Origin: Eubacteriales bacterium
GTDB lineage: Bacteria; Bacillota; Clostridia; Oscillospirales; CAG-272
Direction: 5' to 3'
NCBI GenBank assembly: GCA_045632925.1
Contig: JAZQXP010000057.1
Location: forward strand, 67,447-131,446
Length of the DNA: 64,000 nucleotides
Both the position numbers and the translations under genes were made by a program. How positions within the stretch are numbered: position 1 is the first letter of the stretch; every line of letters begins with the position of its first letter. The notes below the pieces were generated by a model, which was not told where the DNA came from, searched no databases, and worked only from the letters and a program-made list of their open reading frames with translations. Below, piece after piece: positions 8,677 to 18,677 of this stretch.

Positions 8677-9758
8677 TATTCGTCGTCCTCCTCGTCGTCG
8701 GAAGAAGAGAAGAGGGGCTTGTAATCGTCCTCCTCGGACTTCTTTTCTTCCTTCTTTGTGGGCTTTTCGGGTGCTTCTTCTTCGTCCTCCTCGGGTGTGG
8801 GAGCGACTTCGATATTTGCAAGACGCTCGTCTGAGCCGTATGCAAGATCGAGGAAGATGTCCTCAAGCGTTGTTTCGTTGGAATGCATATCGAGGATGGG
8901 CATCTTTGCCGAAGCGAAGGTGTTGAAGATCTCCTCGCGGACGTCGACACCGCTCTCCGCCTTGACGGTTGCGGTGACGATTCCGTTTTCCTCAACATAC
9001 TCTGCGGACTGAACGCCCTTGATATTCGAGATGAATTTCTCTGCCTTCTCGCGCTCGCCGCGGATCTTGACGACGAGGGCATTGTCGCGGCTTGCTTCAG
9101 CCTCGAGATGCTCGAGAGTGTCGTTTGCTACGATATTGCCGTGCGAGATGATGATAACGTGATCGCAGACCGCGCTGATCTCGGCGAGGATATGGCTCGA
9201 GATGATTACGGTTTTGAGTCTGCCGAGCTTGCGGATGAGATTTCTGATCTCGATGATCTGCGCGGGGTCGAGACCGACGGTCGGCTCGTCGAGGATAATG
9301 ACGTCGGGCTCGCCGATCATAGCCTGCGCGATTCCTACACGCTGACGGTAGCCCTTCGAGAGATTCTTGATGAGACGGTTTCGCACATCGTAGATCTGCG
9401 TCAGCTGCATGACCTCCTTAACGTGGCGGAGACTTTTTTCAAAGGGAACGCCCTTTGCTTCTGCTACGAACATAAGGTACTCGCGGGGAGTCATTTCGCC
9501 GTAAACGGGAGGCTGCTCGGGGAGATATCCGATATGCTTCTTTGCCTCGGTGGGCTCCTCGAAGATGTCCTTGCCCGCGATCTTTACCTCACCGGAGGTA
9601 GCGGCGAGACAGCCGGTAAGAATATTCATAGTAGTCGATTTGCCCGCGCCGTTCGGACCGAGCAGACCGTATATCTTCCCGGGTTCGATGTTGAAAGATA
9701 TGTTATTGACGGCAAGGTGATTGCCGTATTTCTTAGTTAGATTTCTGACCTTGATCAA
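8676..9758 (-). CDS. ABC transporter ATP-binding protein with a long acidic/lysine-rich C-terminal tail
   Basis: Walker A GPNGAGKST, signature LSKGYRQR and Walker B VIILDEP are present. The start is TTG, 9 nt after AAGGAGG. The tail reads EEDEEEAPEKPTKKEEKKSEEDDYKPLFSSSDDEEDDE. Confidence 0.95.
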   Translation of the reverse strand: MIKVRNLTKKYGNHLAVNNISFNIEPGKIYGLLGPNGAGKSTTMNILTGCLAATSGEVKIAGKDIFEEPTEAKKHIGYLPEQPPVYGEMTPREYLMFVAEAKGVPFEKSLRHVKEVMQLTQIYDVRNRLIKNLSKGYRQRVGIAQAMIGEPDVIILDEPTVGLDPAQIIEIRNLIRKLGRLKTVIISSHILAEISAVCDHVIIISHGNIVANDTLEHLEAEASRDNALVVKIRGEREKAEKFISNIKGVQSAEYVEENGIVTATVKAESGVDVREEIFNTFASAKMPILDMHSNETTLEDIFLDLAYGSDERLANIEVAPTPEEDEEEAPEKPTKKEEKKSEEDDYKPLFSSSDDEEDDE

Positions 9759-9861
9759 AACTCGTAACCTCCTTGTAAATTATACCATATTATAGAATAC
9801 CATTAAACTGTGTCATCCCGATGATGTAATTTTGAAAATTTTATGATTAGTTAAATAAAGT

Positions 9862-9890
9862 GAAAACAAAAGGGAGGTAAAATACCTCCC
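9862..9890 (-). terminator. Rho-independent terminator after the HTH gene
   Basis: The stem GGGAGGT/ACCTCCC is followed on the minus strand by TTTTGTTTT. Confidence 0.8.
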
Positions 9891-9898
9891 CGTTGTTG

Positions 9899-11119
9899 TC
9901 ACTCTTCTCCTCTTGCGAGAACCTTGAGCGTAGTATTCTTCCCGAGAGTCTCGTATGACGCGCGCTTGATCCTTCCGATGGTGATATCTCCGCCGCCCGA
10001 GACGTTGATATAAGCCTCGCCGACCGTGAGCTTGCCGCCGTCGAGTCCGCCCGAGCCGTTGATCTTGAGCCTGAGAGTATCGACCTCGCCGCCGCAATCA
10101 AAATCGCCCGAGCCCGAAACAGTCAGCTTCATCTCGTCGCCCTTTACCTCGCGCACCTTGACGCTGCCGCTTCCCGCGATCTTTACCGAGGGCGCGCAGA
10201 GTGAATCGGCTTCAACGTCGCCAGAGCCGCTGATCGAGATATTAGTGCTGAAGGCAACGTCGCCGAGGGTGATGCATCCGCTTCCCGCGATCTTACACTC
10301 GGCAATATTGCAGTTGGCGGCAATGACGTCGCCGCTACCCGCGATAGATACCTCGAGAATTCCGCAATCGGGCTCTATTTTGCAATCCGAACAGCCCGAG
10401 ATCGAGATCTTGAATACGCTTCCGCGGTCGGAGGGGAGATAGACCGTGATCACGTTCCCCGAACGGTTTTCCGAATCGGAATTCTTGAAGGAGATCTCAA
10501 GAGTATCACCGTTCAGCTCGGCGATAAGCCTTGATATGAAACGCGCCGAACCGACCGCCTCGATCCTTCCGCGTCCGCCGTCGGATCTTTTTATACGGAA
10601 ATCACAGGGGACGGAAAGCTTCGCCGTGACCGATGCAAAATCTCCAAACTCGCGGCAGAGCTCGGTCTTTCCGCTGTCATAGATCTCGTCGGGCTCCTCG
10701 GCGTCGAAGAAGCGGATCTCGCCCTCGCCGAGATTGACCGCGCTTCTGTGCTCGCAGTCAGCCTGGCTTCCGTCGGTGAAATATGCGATATGCTTCTCGG
10801 TGTCGATCCTCTCGAGAGTCTTCGAGGAATAGCAGGCGCGCTTTTCAAATGAGAAAATATAATCGAGACCTTCCTTTTTCGGCGGGAAGGGCACGATCCT
10901 GCTCTGATCCGTCTCAATGCCGAAAAGACGCTCGATCGGTATCTCGAGCACCTCGGCTATCTCGGGGAAGAGAGTTACGTCGGGGTATCCGAGACCGTTT
11001 TCCCACTTTGATACCGCCTGCGGAGTGATCCCGAGTCTGCCCGCGAAAGCCTCCTGCGTCATTCCCGCGCGGCGTCTCGCCTCAAGAACGATTATTCCGA
11101 AATTCTCAATACCTGCCAT
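9899..11119 (-). CDS. XRE-family HTH protein fused to a beta-helix-like repeat domain (DUF2807/DUF4097-like)
   Basis: The N-terminus MTQEAFAGRLGITPQAVSKWENG is a Cro/C1-type HTH. The C-terminal half carries repeated (I/V)(A/S)GSG(D/S) strands. Confidence 0.75.
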   Translation of the reverse strand: MAGIENFGIIVLEARRRAGMTQEAFAGRLGITPQAVSKWENGLGYPDVTLFPEIAEVLEIPIERLFGIETDQSRIVPFPPKKEGLDYIFSFEKRACYSSKTLERIDTEKHIAYFTDGSQADCEHRSAVNLGEGEIRFFDAEEPDEIYDSGKTELCREFGDFASVTAKLSVPCDFRIKRSDGGRGRIEAVGSARFISRLIAELNGDTLEISFKNSDSENRSGNVITVYLPSDRGSVFKISISGCSDCKIEPDCGILEVSIAGSGDVIAANCNIAECKIAGSGCITLGDVAFSTNISISGSGDVEADSLCAPSVKIAGSGSVKVREVKGDEMKLTVSGSGDFDCGGEVDTLRLKINGSGGLDGGKLTVGEAYINVSGGGDITIGRIKRASYETLGKNTTLKVLARGEE

Positions 11120-11285
11120 TTTTGACCTCCGAGCATGTTTTGTTAACTATAATTATATAACATTACGAAGAAAAAGTCAATCACCGCGCAGTTTAGAAAA
11201 AAGAGGATTTTGCGTACATTTTTATTATTTTTTTACAGTCGGGCACAACCGTCGGTTAAGTCCCGGCAACTTTACAATATTTATG

Positions 11286-11314
11286 TTGATTTTTATTTTA
11301 TTTTATGATATAAT
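11286..11314 (+). promoter_or_regulatory. Promoter of deoC-mscL
   Basis: TTGATT, a 17-nt spacer, then TATAAT with an upstream TG. Confidence 0.6.
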
Positions 11315-11349
11315 AGATGCACAAAGATCAAAATCCGGAGGTCATAAAA

Positions 11350-12015
11350 ATGACAAAGCAGGAACTTCTCAAATACGCAGACCACACTCTCCTCGCTCCC
11401 ACGGCAACAGAGGCAGAGATCAAGGTCATCTGCGACGACGCAATAAAGTACGAGACCGCATCTGTCTGTATCCCCGCGACCTATATCGCTTTCGCCCGCG
11501 ATTACACTGAGGGCAAGCTCAATCTCTGCACCGTAATCGGCTTTCCTCTCGGCTACAGCACGACCGCTGTCAAGTGCGCGGAGGCTCGCGATGCGATCGC
11601 AAACGGCGCGAATGAGATCGATATGGTTGCAAATATCTGCAATATCAAGAACGGCAGATTCGATCTTGTTGAGGAGGATATCCGCGAGGTCAAGAAAGCC
11701 TGCGGCGATAAGATCCTCAAGGTCATCATCGAGACCTGCCTCCTTACCGACGAGGAAAAGGTAAAGATGTGCAAGATCGTCGGCGCTGCGGGTGCCGATT
11801 ATATCAAGACCTCCACGGGCTTTTCCACCGGCGGAGCTACCCGCGAGGACATCGCTCTCTTTGCCGCAAACGTACCCGAGGGACTTAAGATCAAGGCGGC
11901 GGGCGGTATCCGCTCCTTTGAGGATGCCGAGGCATTTGTAAAGCTCGGCGCATCGAGACTCGGTACCAGCGCGCTTGTCAAGCTGATGAAGGCTGAGGAA
12001 GTAAAGGGCTACTAA
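11350..12015 (+). CDS. deoC: Deoxyribose-phosphate aldolase
   Basis: [35 protein letters not shown] is a class I DERA. The start at 11350 follows a GGAGG RBS. Confidence 0.92.
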   Translation: MTKQELLKYADHTLLAPTATEAEIKVICDDAIKYETASVCIPATYIAFARDYTEGKLNLCTVIGFPLGYSTTAVKCAEARDAIANGANEIDMVANICNIKNGRFDLVEEDIREVKKACGDKILKVIIETCLLTDEEKVKMCKIVGAAGADYIKTSTGFSTGGATREDIALFAANVPEGLKIKAAGGIRSFEDAEAFVKLGASRLGTSALVKLMKAEEVKGY

Positions 12016-12641
12016 TGAATAAGTACGTAGGCGAATTCAAGAAATTCATCAACCGCGGCAACGTGGTCGATATGTCCGTCGGTGTTATCGTCGGTAGTGC
12101 TTTTACCGCGATCGTCACCGCGATGAGCAATAATATTCTCAAGCCGATCGTAAATTTCTTTCTTGCGACTCTCTTTGATGCCGATTCGCTCCACGAGATA
12201 TATACATACCTCAAGACGGTTTATGCCGACGTCCTTGACGAGGAGGGAAACGTCATAGGTCAGGAGATCGATCTTGCGCAGTCGATCTATATCGACTGGG
12301 GAGCATTCATAAACGCGGTCATCAATTTTTTTTTGATCGCATTCGTCCTTTTCACGATCGTGAAATTTATCAATAAGGTTCGTACCGAGCAGAAGGAATT
12401 TGCCGAGAAGATCGCGGAGCATACCCTTGATCGCCACGAGCGCAAGGAGTTGCGCCAGCACGGTGTCAATCCGCGCGATAAGGAGGCTGTTGAGGCTTAT
12501 TTTGCCGAGAAAAAGCGTCTCGAGGAGGAAGCCGCCGCAAAGGCTAAGCTTGAGGCTGAGGAAAAGGCGCGCATCGACCGTGAACAGAATCCAACAACAG
12601 AGGATCTGCTTAAGAAAATTCTTGAGGTAATAAGCAAATAA
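12015..12641 (+). CDS. mscL: Large-conductance mechanosensitive channel, unusually long form
   Basis: FKKFINRGNVVDMSVGVIVGSAFTAIV is the MscL N-terminal signature. It has an extended loop and a charged coiled-coil-like C-terminus. The start overlaps the deoC stop (TAATG). Confidence 0.85.
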   Translation: MNKYVGEFKKFINRGNVVDMSVGVIVGSAFTAIVTAMSNNILKPIVNFFLATLFDADSLHEIYTYLKTVYADVLDEEGNVIGQEIDLAQSIYIDWGAFINAVINFFLIAFVLFTIVKFINKVRTEQKEFAEKIAEHTLDRHERKELRQHGVNPRDKEAVEAYFAEKKRLEEEAAAKAKLEAEEKARIDREQNPTTEDLLKKILEVISK

Positions 12642-12653
12642 CGTGCAGAGACC

Positions 12654-12684
12654 GAGCCGTCGGATTTGACGGCTCTGCTTTTTT
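12654..12684 (+). terminator. Rho-independent terminator after mscL
   Basis: The stem GAGCCGTC/GACGGCTC is followed by TGCTTTTTT. Confidence 0.85.
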
Positions 12685-12747
12685 AATTATTCTCTCTGTT
12701 TTTGGGAATAAAAATTGCCAATTATCAATATAATAGATTCAAGAGGC

Positions 12748-12777
12748 TTGACTTTTCGGGGCAAAATAGTGTATAAT
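12748..12777 (+). promoter_or_regulatory. Promoter of the glycogen operon
   Basis: TTGACT, an 18-nt spacer, then TGTATAAT (extended -10). Confidence 0.6.
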
Positions 12778-12827
12778 ATTATTATATATAGTTAATTACA
12801 TATTTCGGTAAAGGGAGGGACGTGAAG

Positions 12828-14804
12828 ATGCCCGAGAATCTTGCGGCGTATTATTTCCATCAGGGAACGAATTATAAGGCGTACGAGTATTTCGGCGCGC
12901 ACATTTCGGACGGAAAGATGACTTTCCGCGTCTGGGCTCCCAATGCCGAGGCTGTATTCCTCTGCGGCGATTTCTGCTCGTGGGAATACGGTATGCCAAT
13001 GCAGAGAGTCACCGACGGCGGCATCTGGGAGATCTCAATGGACATCCTTCCCGAGGGGACAAGGTATAAATACCGCATCCGTGCCCGCGACGGTCGGGAG
13101 CTTATGAAGGCTGACCCGTATGCCTTCTGTGCCGAGCTTCCGCCCGATACCGCATCGGTCGTGAACCACAGGGCGTTCTCATATGAATGGAAGGACGGCG
13201 GATGGATGAAGATGCGTCCGCACGCGCGGAAGTATGACCGACCGATCAACGTCTACGAAGTCCATCTCGGCTCCTGGAAGCGTCACGAGGATAATTCCTA
13301 CTATTCCTATACCGAGCTTCGGGACGAGCTTCTCCCTTACGTCAAGCAGATGGGATACACGCATATTGAGCTGATGCCGATAGCCGAGCATCCCTTTGAC
13401 GGCTCATGGGGATATCAAGTCACGGGATATTATGCGCCGACCTCGAGATACGGAACTCCCGACGAGTTCTGCTCCTTTGTCGATGCGGCACACCGCGCAG
13501 GAATCGGCGTGATTCTCGATTGGGTCCCCGCACATTTCCCGAAGGATGCGCACGGTCTTTACGAGTTCGACGGACAGCCCCTTTATGAGTATCAGGGCGC
13601 CGACCGCATCGAGCACGCGGGATGGGGAACGAGACGCTTTGACGTCGGACGCCCCGAGGTCCAGAGCTTTCTGATCTCGAACGCAACCTATTGGGCGGAG
13701 GTCTTCCACCTTGACGGACTCCGCGTCGATGCAGTTGCCTCGATGCTCTATCTTGACTACGACAGACGCCCCGACGAGTGGGTCCCGAACGTATACGGCG
13801 ACAACCGTTGCCTTGAGGCGATCGCGTTCTTCAAGAAGCTGAACGCACATCTTGCGGGCGCATATCCCTCGCTTATGATGATAGCGGAGGAGTCGGCGGC
13901 GCAGATCGATATCACGGGAGAGGGCGAGGATGCTCTCGGATTCACCTACAAATGGAACATGGGTTGGATGAACGATAATCTTTCCTATGCCGAGACCGAT
14001 CCGATCTTCCGCAAGTATCATCACGACAAGCTGACCTTCTCTCTGCTTTACTCATTCGGCGAGAAATTTATGCTCCCAATCTCGCACGACGAGGTCGTTC
14101 ACGGCAAAAAGTCTTATCTCGACCGCCACCCCGGAGACTATTGGAACAAATTCGCAGGTGCACGCGGAGGACTTTGCTGGATGATGATGCATCCGGGCAA
14201 AAAGCTGCTCTTTATGGGCACGGAATATGCTCCCTTCCGCGAATGGGCATATGAGGAGAGCCTTGAATGGTTTATGCTCGACTACGAGATGCACGCCAAA
14301 TTCCAGCATTTCACAGCCGATCTCAATCATCTCTACCTTTCATCGCCAGAACTGTGGACGAGAGATCTCGGATGGGACGGCTTTGAATGGATCGATGCCG
14401 ACAACAGAGAGGGAAGCGTCATAGTCGTATCCCGCTCGGACGGAAAGAGCAGGCTTATAGCAGTAATTAATTTCAGCCCCGTCTATTACCCCGAATATCG
14501 CGTCGGAGTTCCCGTATGCGGTGAATGGTGCGAGGTATTCTCGTCCGACAGACTTGAATACGGCGGAGGCGGAGTCGTGCACGAGGGTATCCTCAGAAGC
14601 GAGAATAAACCCATGCACGGCAGAGAAGAGTCCTTGAAGATCAGGGTCGCACCCCACGCGGCTCATATCTTCAGATTAGAAAAAGAAATACCCCACCAAG
14701 TACCCAATACGGCGAACGAAGCCGTTGAAATATACGCAATTACAGAAAATACGAATCCCAAAGGGAGGAACAAAAAGCAATGTTCAAGAAAAAAGAATGT
14801 GTAG
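12828..14804 (+). CDS. glgB: 1,4-alpha-glucan branching enzyme
   Basis: GH13 branching-enzyme motifs are present: [43 protein letters not shown]. The ATG at 12828 is preferred over the GTG at 12822 on RBS spacing. Confidence 0.95.
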   Translation: MPENLAAYYFHQGTNYKAYEYFGAHISDGKMTFRVWAPNAEAVFLCGDFCSWEYGMPMQRVTDGGIWEISMDILPEGTRYKYRIRARDGRELMKADPYAFCAELPPDTASVVNHRAFSYEWKDGGWMKMRPHARKYDRPINVYEVHLGSWKRHEDNSYYSYTELRDELLPYVKQMGYTHIELMPIAEHPFDGSWGYQVTGYYAPTSRYGTPDEFCSFVDAAHRAGIGVILDWVPAHFPKDAHGLYEFDGQPLYEYQGADRIEHAGWGTRRFDVGRPEVQSFLISNATYWAEVFHLDGLRVDAVASMLYLDYDRRPDEWVPNVYGDNRCLEAIAFFKKLNAHLAGAYPSLMMIAEESAAQIDITGEGEDALGFTYKWNMGWMNDNLSYAETDPIFRKYHHDKLTFSLLYSFGEKFMLPISHDEVVHGKKSYLDRHPGDYWNKFAGARGGLCWMMMHPGKKLLFMGTEYAPFREWAYEESLEWFMLDYEMHAKFQHFTADLNHLYLSSPELWTRDLGWDGFEWIDADNREGSVIVVSRSDGKSRLIAVINFSPVYYPEYRVGVPVCGEWCEVFSSDRLEYGGGGVVHEGILRSENKPMHGREESLKIRVAPHAAHIFRLEKEIPHQVPNTANEAVEIYAITENTNPKGRNKKQCSRKKNV

Positions 14805-15958
14805 CCATGCTCCTTGCGGGCGGACAGGGCAGCCGTCTTTACGCGCTTACCACACGCCTCGCAAAACCCGCGGTATCCTTCGGTGGAAAGTACCGCATCA
14901 TCGATTTTACTCTTTCCAACTGCGTAAACTCGGGTATTGATACCGTCGGTGTGCTTACGCAGTATCAACCTCTTCTCCTAAACGACTACATTGGCAACGG
15001 TCTGCCCTGGGACCTTGACCGCACATACGGAGGAGTAAAGATCCTCCCGCCTTATCAGGGTAAGGAAAAAGCCGACTGGTATAAGGGAACTGCAAACGCG
15101 ATATATCAGAATCTCCAGTTCATCGATCAGTACGATCCCGATTACGTTCTCATCCTCTCGGGAGACCATATCTACAAGATGGACTACGCCGCAATGCTCG
15201 CGTTCCATAAGAGACGCGGCGCGGACTGCACCATCGCCTGCATCGACGTTCCTCTTGAGGAGGCAAGCCGATTCGGCATTATGAGCGCATACGAGGACGG
15301 TAAGATCTGGAAGTTCTCCGAAAAGCCCAAGAATCCCGATTCAACGCGTGCTTCGATGGGTATCTATATCTTCAACAAGAAGAAGCTCGCCGACTATCTT
15401 ATCGCCGACGAGGCAGATCCCGCGTCGAACAATGACTTCGGTAAGAATATCATCCCCGCAATGCTTGCCGCAGGCGAGAAGCTCTACGCATATTCCTTTG
15501 AGGGCTACTGGAAGGACGTCGGAACCATCTCCTCTCTCTGGGAGGCGAATATGGATATGATCGGCAACGATCCCGCTCTCAATCTCAATGATGAAAAATG
15601 GCGCATCTACGCCCGCCATACCGCGCGTGCACCTCAGTACGTGGGCAAGAGCGGCGTGACCGAAAACTCCACCATCACCGAGGGATGCAAGATCCACGGA
15701 ACCGTCCGCGGATCGGTGCTCGGTCCGGGCGTAACCGTCGGCGAGGGTGCCTCCGTCATCGACTCGGTCATCATGGAGGACGTAACTATCGGCGAGGGCG
15801 CAACCGTTGAATATTCGATCATTGATGCCCGCGTAAATATCGGTAAGAATGCCAAGGTCGGCGGACCCCGCGGCGGCGAGATCGCCGTTATCGGTGCCGA
15901 CGTTACAGTTGAAGAGAATGCCGAGATCGCACCCGGTGCGATGATCAATCCCCAATAA
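14780..15958 (+). CDS. glgC: Glucose-1-phosphate adenylyltransferase catalytic subunit
   Basis: [34 protein letters not shown] is the classic GlgC signature. Confidence 0.95.
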   Translation: MFKKKECVAMLLAGGQGSRLYALTTRLAKPAVSFGGKYRIIDFTLSNCVNSGIDTVGVLTQYQPLLLNDYIGNGLPWDLDRTYGGVKILPPYQGKEKADWYKGTANAIYQNLQFIDQYDPDYVLILSGDHIYKMDYAAMLAFHKRRGADCTIACIDVPLEEASRFGIMSAYEDGKIWKFSEKPKNPDSTRASMGIYIFNKKKLADYLIADEADPASNNDFGKNIIPAMLAAGEKLYAYSFEGYWKDVGTISSLWEANMDMIGNDPALNLNDEKWRIYARHTARAPQYVGKSGVTENSTITEGCKIHGTVRGSVLGPGVTVGEGASVIDSVIMEDVTIGEGATVEYSIIDARVNIGKNAKVGGPRGGEIAVIGADVTVEENAEIAPGAMINPQ

Positions 15959-15978
15959 TTGAACAGGAGGAATTTAAC

Positions 15979-17112
15979 ATGACAGCAGCCGGACTTATTT
16001 TTTCGAACATACACGACGAATGCCTGCCCGAGCTTACCCGTTTACGTACTATGGCGAGCGTGCCCTTCGGCGGCAGATACAGACTGATCGATTTCCCTCT
16101 TTCCAATATGGTCAATTCGGGGATATCCAAGATCGGTATCATCACTCACTACAATTATCAGTCCCTCCTCGACCATATCGGCACGGGCAAGGACTGGGAT
16201 CTTGCGCGCCGTTCGGGCGGCATCAAGATCCTTCCCCCCTTCATCACCGCATATGACGCGAAGGCGTCGAATTCCCTCTATTCCACCCGCCTTGAGGCAC
16301 TTCTCGGCGTGACCAACTTCATCTCGAGATGTACCGAGGACGTTCTCGTTCTCTCGGATTGCGACATCATCTGCAATATCGATCTCTCGAAGGTTCTCGC
16401 ACAGCACGAGGAGACGGGCGCGGACATCACCGTTGTTACCAAGCGTGTTGATGGCGGCAATTTCAGCGCAGACCGCCATTCTGTTATGGTTCTCGGCGAC
16501 GACGGCAGGATCCTTGACTGCTCGGAATACTCTCCGAATATCGAGGGCAGCTTCGACGTCAGCACCAACATTATGGTCATCACACGCCGCTACCTCATCA
16601 CGGTTCTCAACGATGCTGCGGCTCACGGCTATACCAGCTTCTTCAGAGATATCATCGCGAGAAACGTAGGCAAAGCTGATTTCCGTGCATACCGCTACGA
16701 CGGCTACTATTCGCTGATAGGTAATCTCCCCGGATATTTCGAGACATCGATGAGTCTGCTCGACCCCGAGGTTCGCGGAGAGCTCTTCGAGATCGCGGAA
16801 AGACCCGTCTTCACCAAGGTCCGCAACTCTGCTCCCACATCCTATGCAGAGGGCGCGAAGGTATCGAACTCGATCGTTGCCGACGGCTGTGTGATCGAGG
16901 GCGAGGTTGAAAACTGCGTAGTATTCAGAGGCGTTAAGGTGGGTAAGGGTACCGTTGTACGCAATTCCATCCTGCTTCAGGATACTTACGTAGGCGAGAA
17001 CGTAAATCTTAACTGTGTGATCACCGATAAGAACGCCGTCATCCGCGACGGACGTAATCTTTCGGGTCACGAGACCATGCCCTTCTATATCGGTAAGGGC
17101 ATAATGGTATGA
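15979..17112 (+). CDS. glgD: Glucose-1-phosphate adenylyltransferase regulatory subunit GlgD
   Basis: GlgC paralog that lacks the GGxGxRL loop (VPFGGRYRLIDFPLSNMVNSG), in the Firmicute glgCD position. Confidence 0.9.
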   Translation: MTAAGLIFSNIHDECLPELTRLRTMASVPFGGRYRLIDFPLSNMVNSGISKIGIITHYNYQSLLDHIGTGKDWDLARRSGGIKILPPFITAYDAKASNSLYSTRLEALLGVTNFISRCTEDVLVLSDCDIICNIDLSKVLAQHEETGADITVVTKRVDGGNFSADRHSVMVLGDDGRILDCSEYSPNIEGSFDVSTNIMVITRRYLITVLNDAAAHGYTSFFRDIIARNVGKADFRAYRYDGYYSLIGNLPGYFETSMSLLDPEVRGELFEIAERPVFTKVRNSAPTSYAEGAKVSNSIVADGCVIEGEVENCVVFRGVKVGKGTVVRNSILLQDTYVGENVNLNCVITDKNAVIRDGRNLSGHETMPFYIGKGIMV

Positions 17113-17205
17113 TGCGAATATAAAACATAAAAAGTTTATTCGTGTCTCGGATCGGCTAAAGCAAGCGCCGTCGATCCTCAATTTTGAAAGTTAATGGAGA
17201 ATAAA

Positions 17206-18645
17206 ATGAAAAAAAGTATTCTTTTCGTAGGTGCGGAGGTTATGCCCTTTGCGGCTACCGGAGGTCTCGGCGACGTTCTCGGATCGCTTCCCACAGCACT
17301 TGCGTCTAAGGGAGTCGACGTCAGAGTCGTTATGCCTCTCTATTCGGCTATCAATGTGAAATATCGCGCCGAGATGAAGAAGGAGGCTGAATTTACCGCT
17401 AATCTTGCCTGGAGACAGCAGTATTGCGGCGTTTACAGCCTCGAAAAGGATAAGGTGACCTATTACTTTATCGACAACGAGTATTATTTCGCCCGCGAGG
17501 GACTTTACGGTCAGTACGACGACGGCGAAAGATACGCGTATTTCTGCACGGCAGTGCTCGAGATGCTTCCGCATATCGGATTTTTCCCCGATATTCTTCA
17601 TGCCCATGACTGGCAGGCGGCGCTCTCTGTTATCTATCTCCGTCAGAAGTATTCAGAGGATGAGAGATACGCGGGCATCCGCCGTGTCTTTACCATCCAC
17701 AATATCGAGTATCAGGGCAAGTATGATTTCTATATCCTTGGCGACGTTTTTGCGCTTTCCGAGGCGGACCGCGACGTAGTCGAGTACGACGGTTGCATCA
17801 ACCTTATGAAGGGTGCGATCGAGTGCGCCGAGGCTGTTACCACCGTAAGCCAAAGATACGCCGACGAGATCATGTCCCCCGAGTATTCGCACGGGCTCTA
17901 TCACATTCTCCGCAGATACGCGTATAAGGTCTCGGGTATCCTCAACGGAATTGATTATGCTTATTATAATCCCTGGACCGACCCCGTACTTGTGAAGCAT
18001 TACAGCCCGAAGAGACGCGGCGGAAAGGAAGCTTGCCGCTCCGCTCTCCGCGCTGATCTGGGACTTGAGGACGATAAGAACATTCCCGTCATCGCGCTGA
18101 TCACCCGCCTTGCTTCACACAAGGGTCTTGATATCGTTGCGGAGGCTATCCGCGGTGTTCTTGACGAGACAGGCGCACAGCTTGTTGTTCTCGGCAAGGG
18201 AGAGGCGAAGTACGAGGAGTTCTTCAAGGCTCTTGAAGCCGAGCGCCCCGATAAGGTTCGCGCTCTTATCACCTATGACCGCGATCTCTCGCGCCGCATC
18301 TATGCCGCGACAGACATCTTTATGATGCCGTCCAAGAGCGAGCCTTGCGGACTTTCGCAGATGATCGCATCGCGCTACGGCGCAATTCCCGTTGTCCGTG
18401 AAACGGGAGGTCTCGCCGACTCGATCCTGCCCTATTGGGAGGATGAGGAAGGCGTTATGCACGGAAACGGCTTTACCTTTGCGGGATACACCGCAGGTGA
18501 GCTGTACGAGCGTACGGTTGCCGCCGCCGCGCTCTGGAAGGATACAGAAAAACGCAAAGCATTTGTCGAAAAGATTATGACAGTCGATTTCTCCTGGGCG
18601 GCATCCGCAGATAAATATATCGCGCTCTACGCAGATCTGCTTTGA
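17206..18645 (+). CDS. glgA: Glycogen synthase (ADP-glucose type)
   Basis: ILFVGAEVMPFAATGGLGDV is the KTGGL-type motif, and the rest is a GT5 fold. The start at 17206 follows GGAGA. Confidence 0.95.
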   Translation: MKKSILFVGAEVMPFAATGGLGDVLGSLPTALASKGVDVRVVMPLYSAINVKYRAEMKKEAEFTANLAWRQQYCGVYSLEKDKVTYYFIDNEYYFAREGLYGQYDDGERYAYFCTAVLEMLPHIGFFPDILHAHDWQAALSVIYLRQKYSEDERYAGIRRVFTIHNIEYQGKYDFYILGDVFALSEADRDVVEYDGCINLMKGAIECAEAVTTVSQRYADEIMSPEYSHGLYHILRRYAYKVSGILNGIDYAYYNPWTDPVLVKHYSPKRRGGKEACRSALRADLGLEDDKNIPVIALITRLASHKGLDIVAEAIRGVLDETGAQLVVLGKGEAKYEEFFKALEAERPDKVRALITYDRDLSRRIYAATDIFMMPSKSEPCGLSQMIASRYGAIPVVRETGGLADSILPYWEDEEGVMHGNGFTFAGYTAGELYERTVAAAALWKDTEKRKAFVEKIMTVDFSWAASADKYIALYADLL

Positions 18646-18677
18646 TATACAGGAGAATATTTTCGGAGGAAGTTAAA

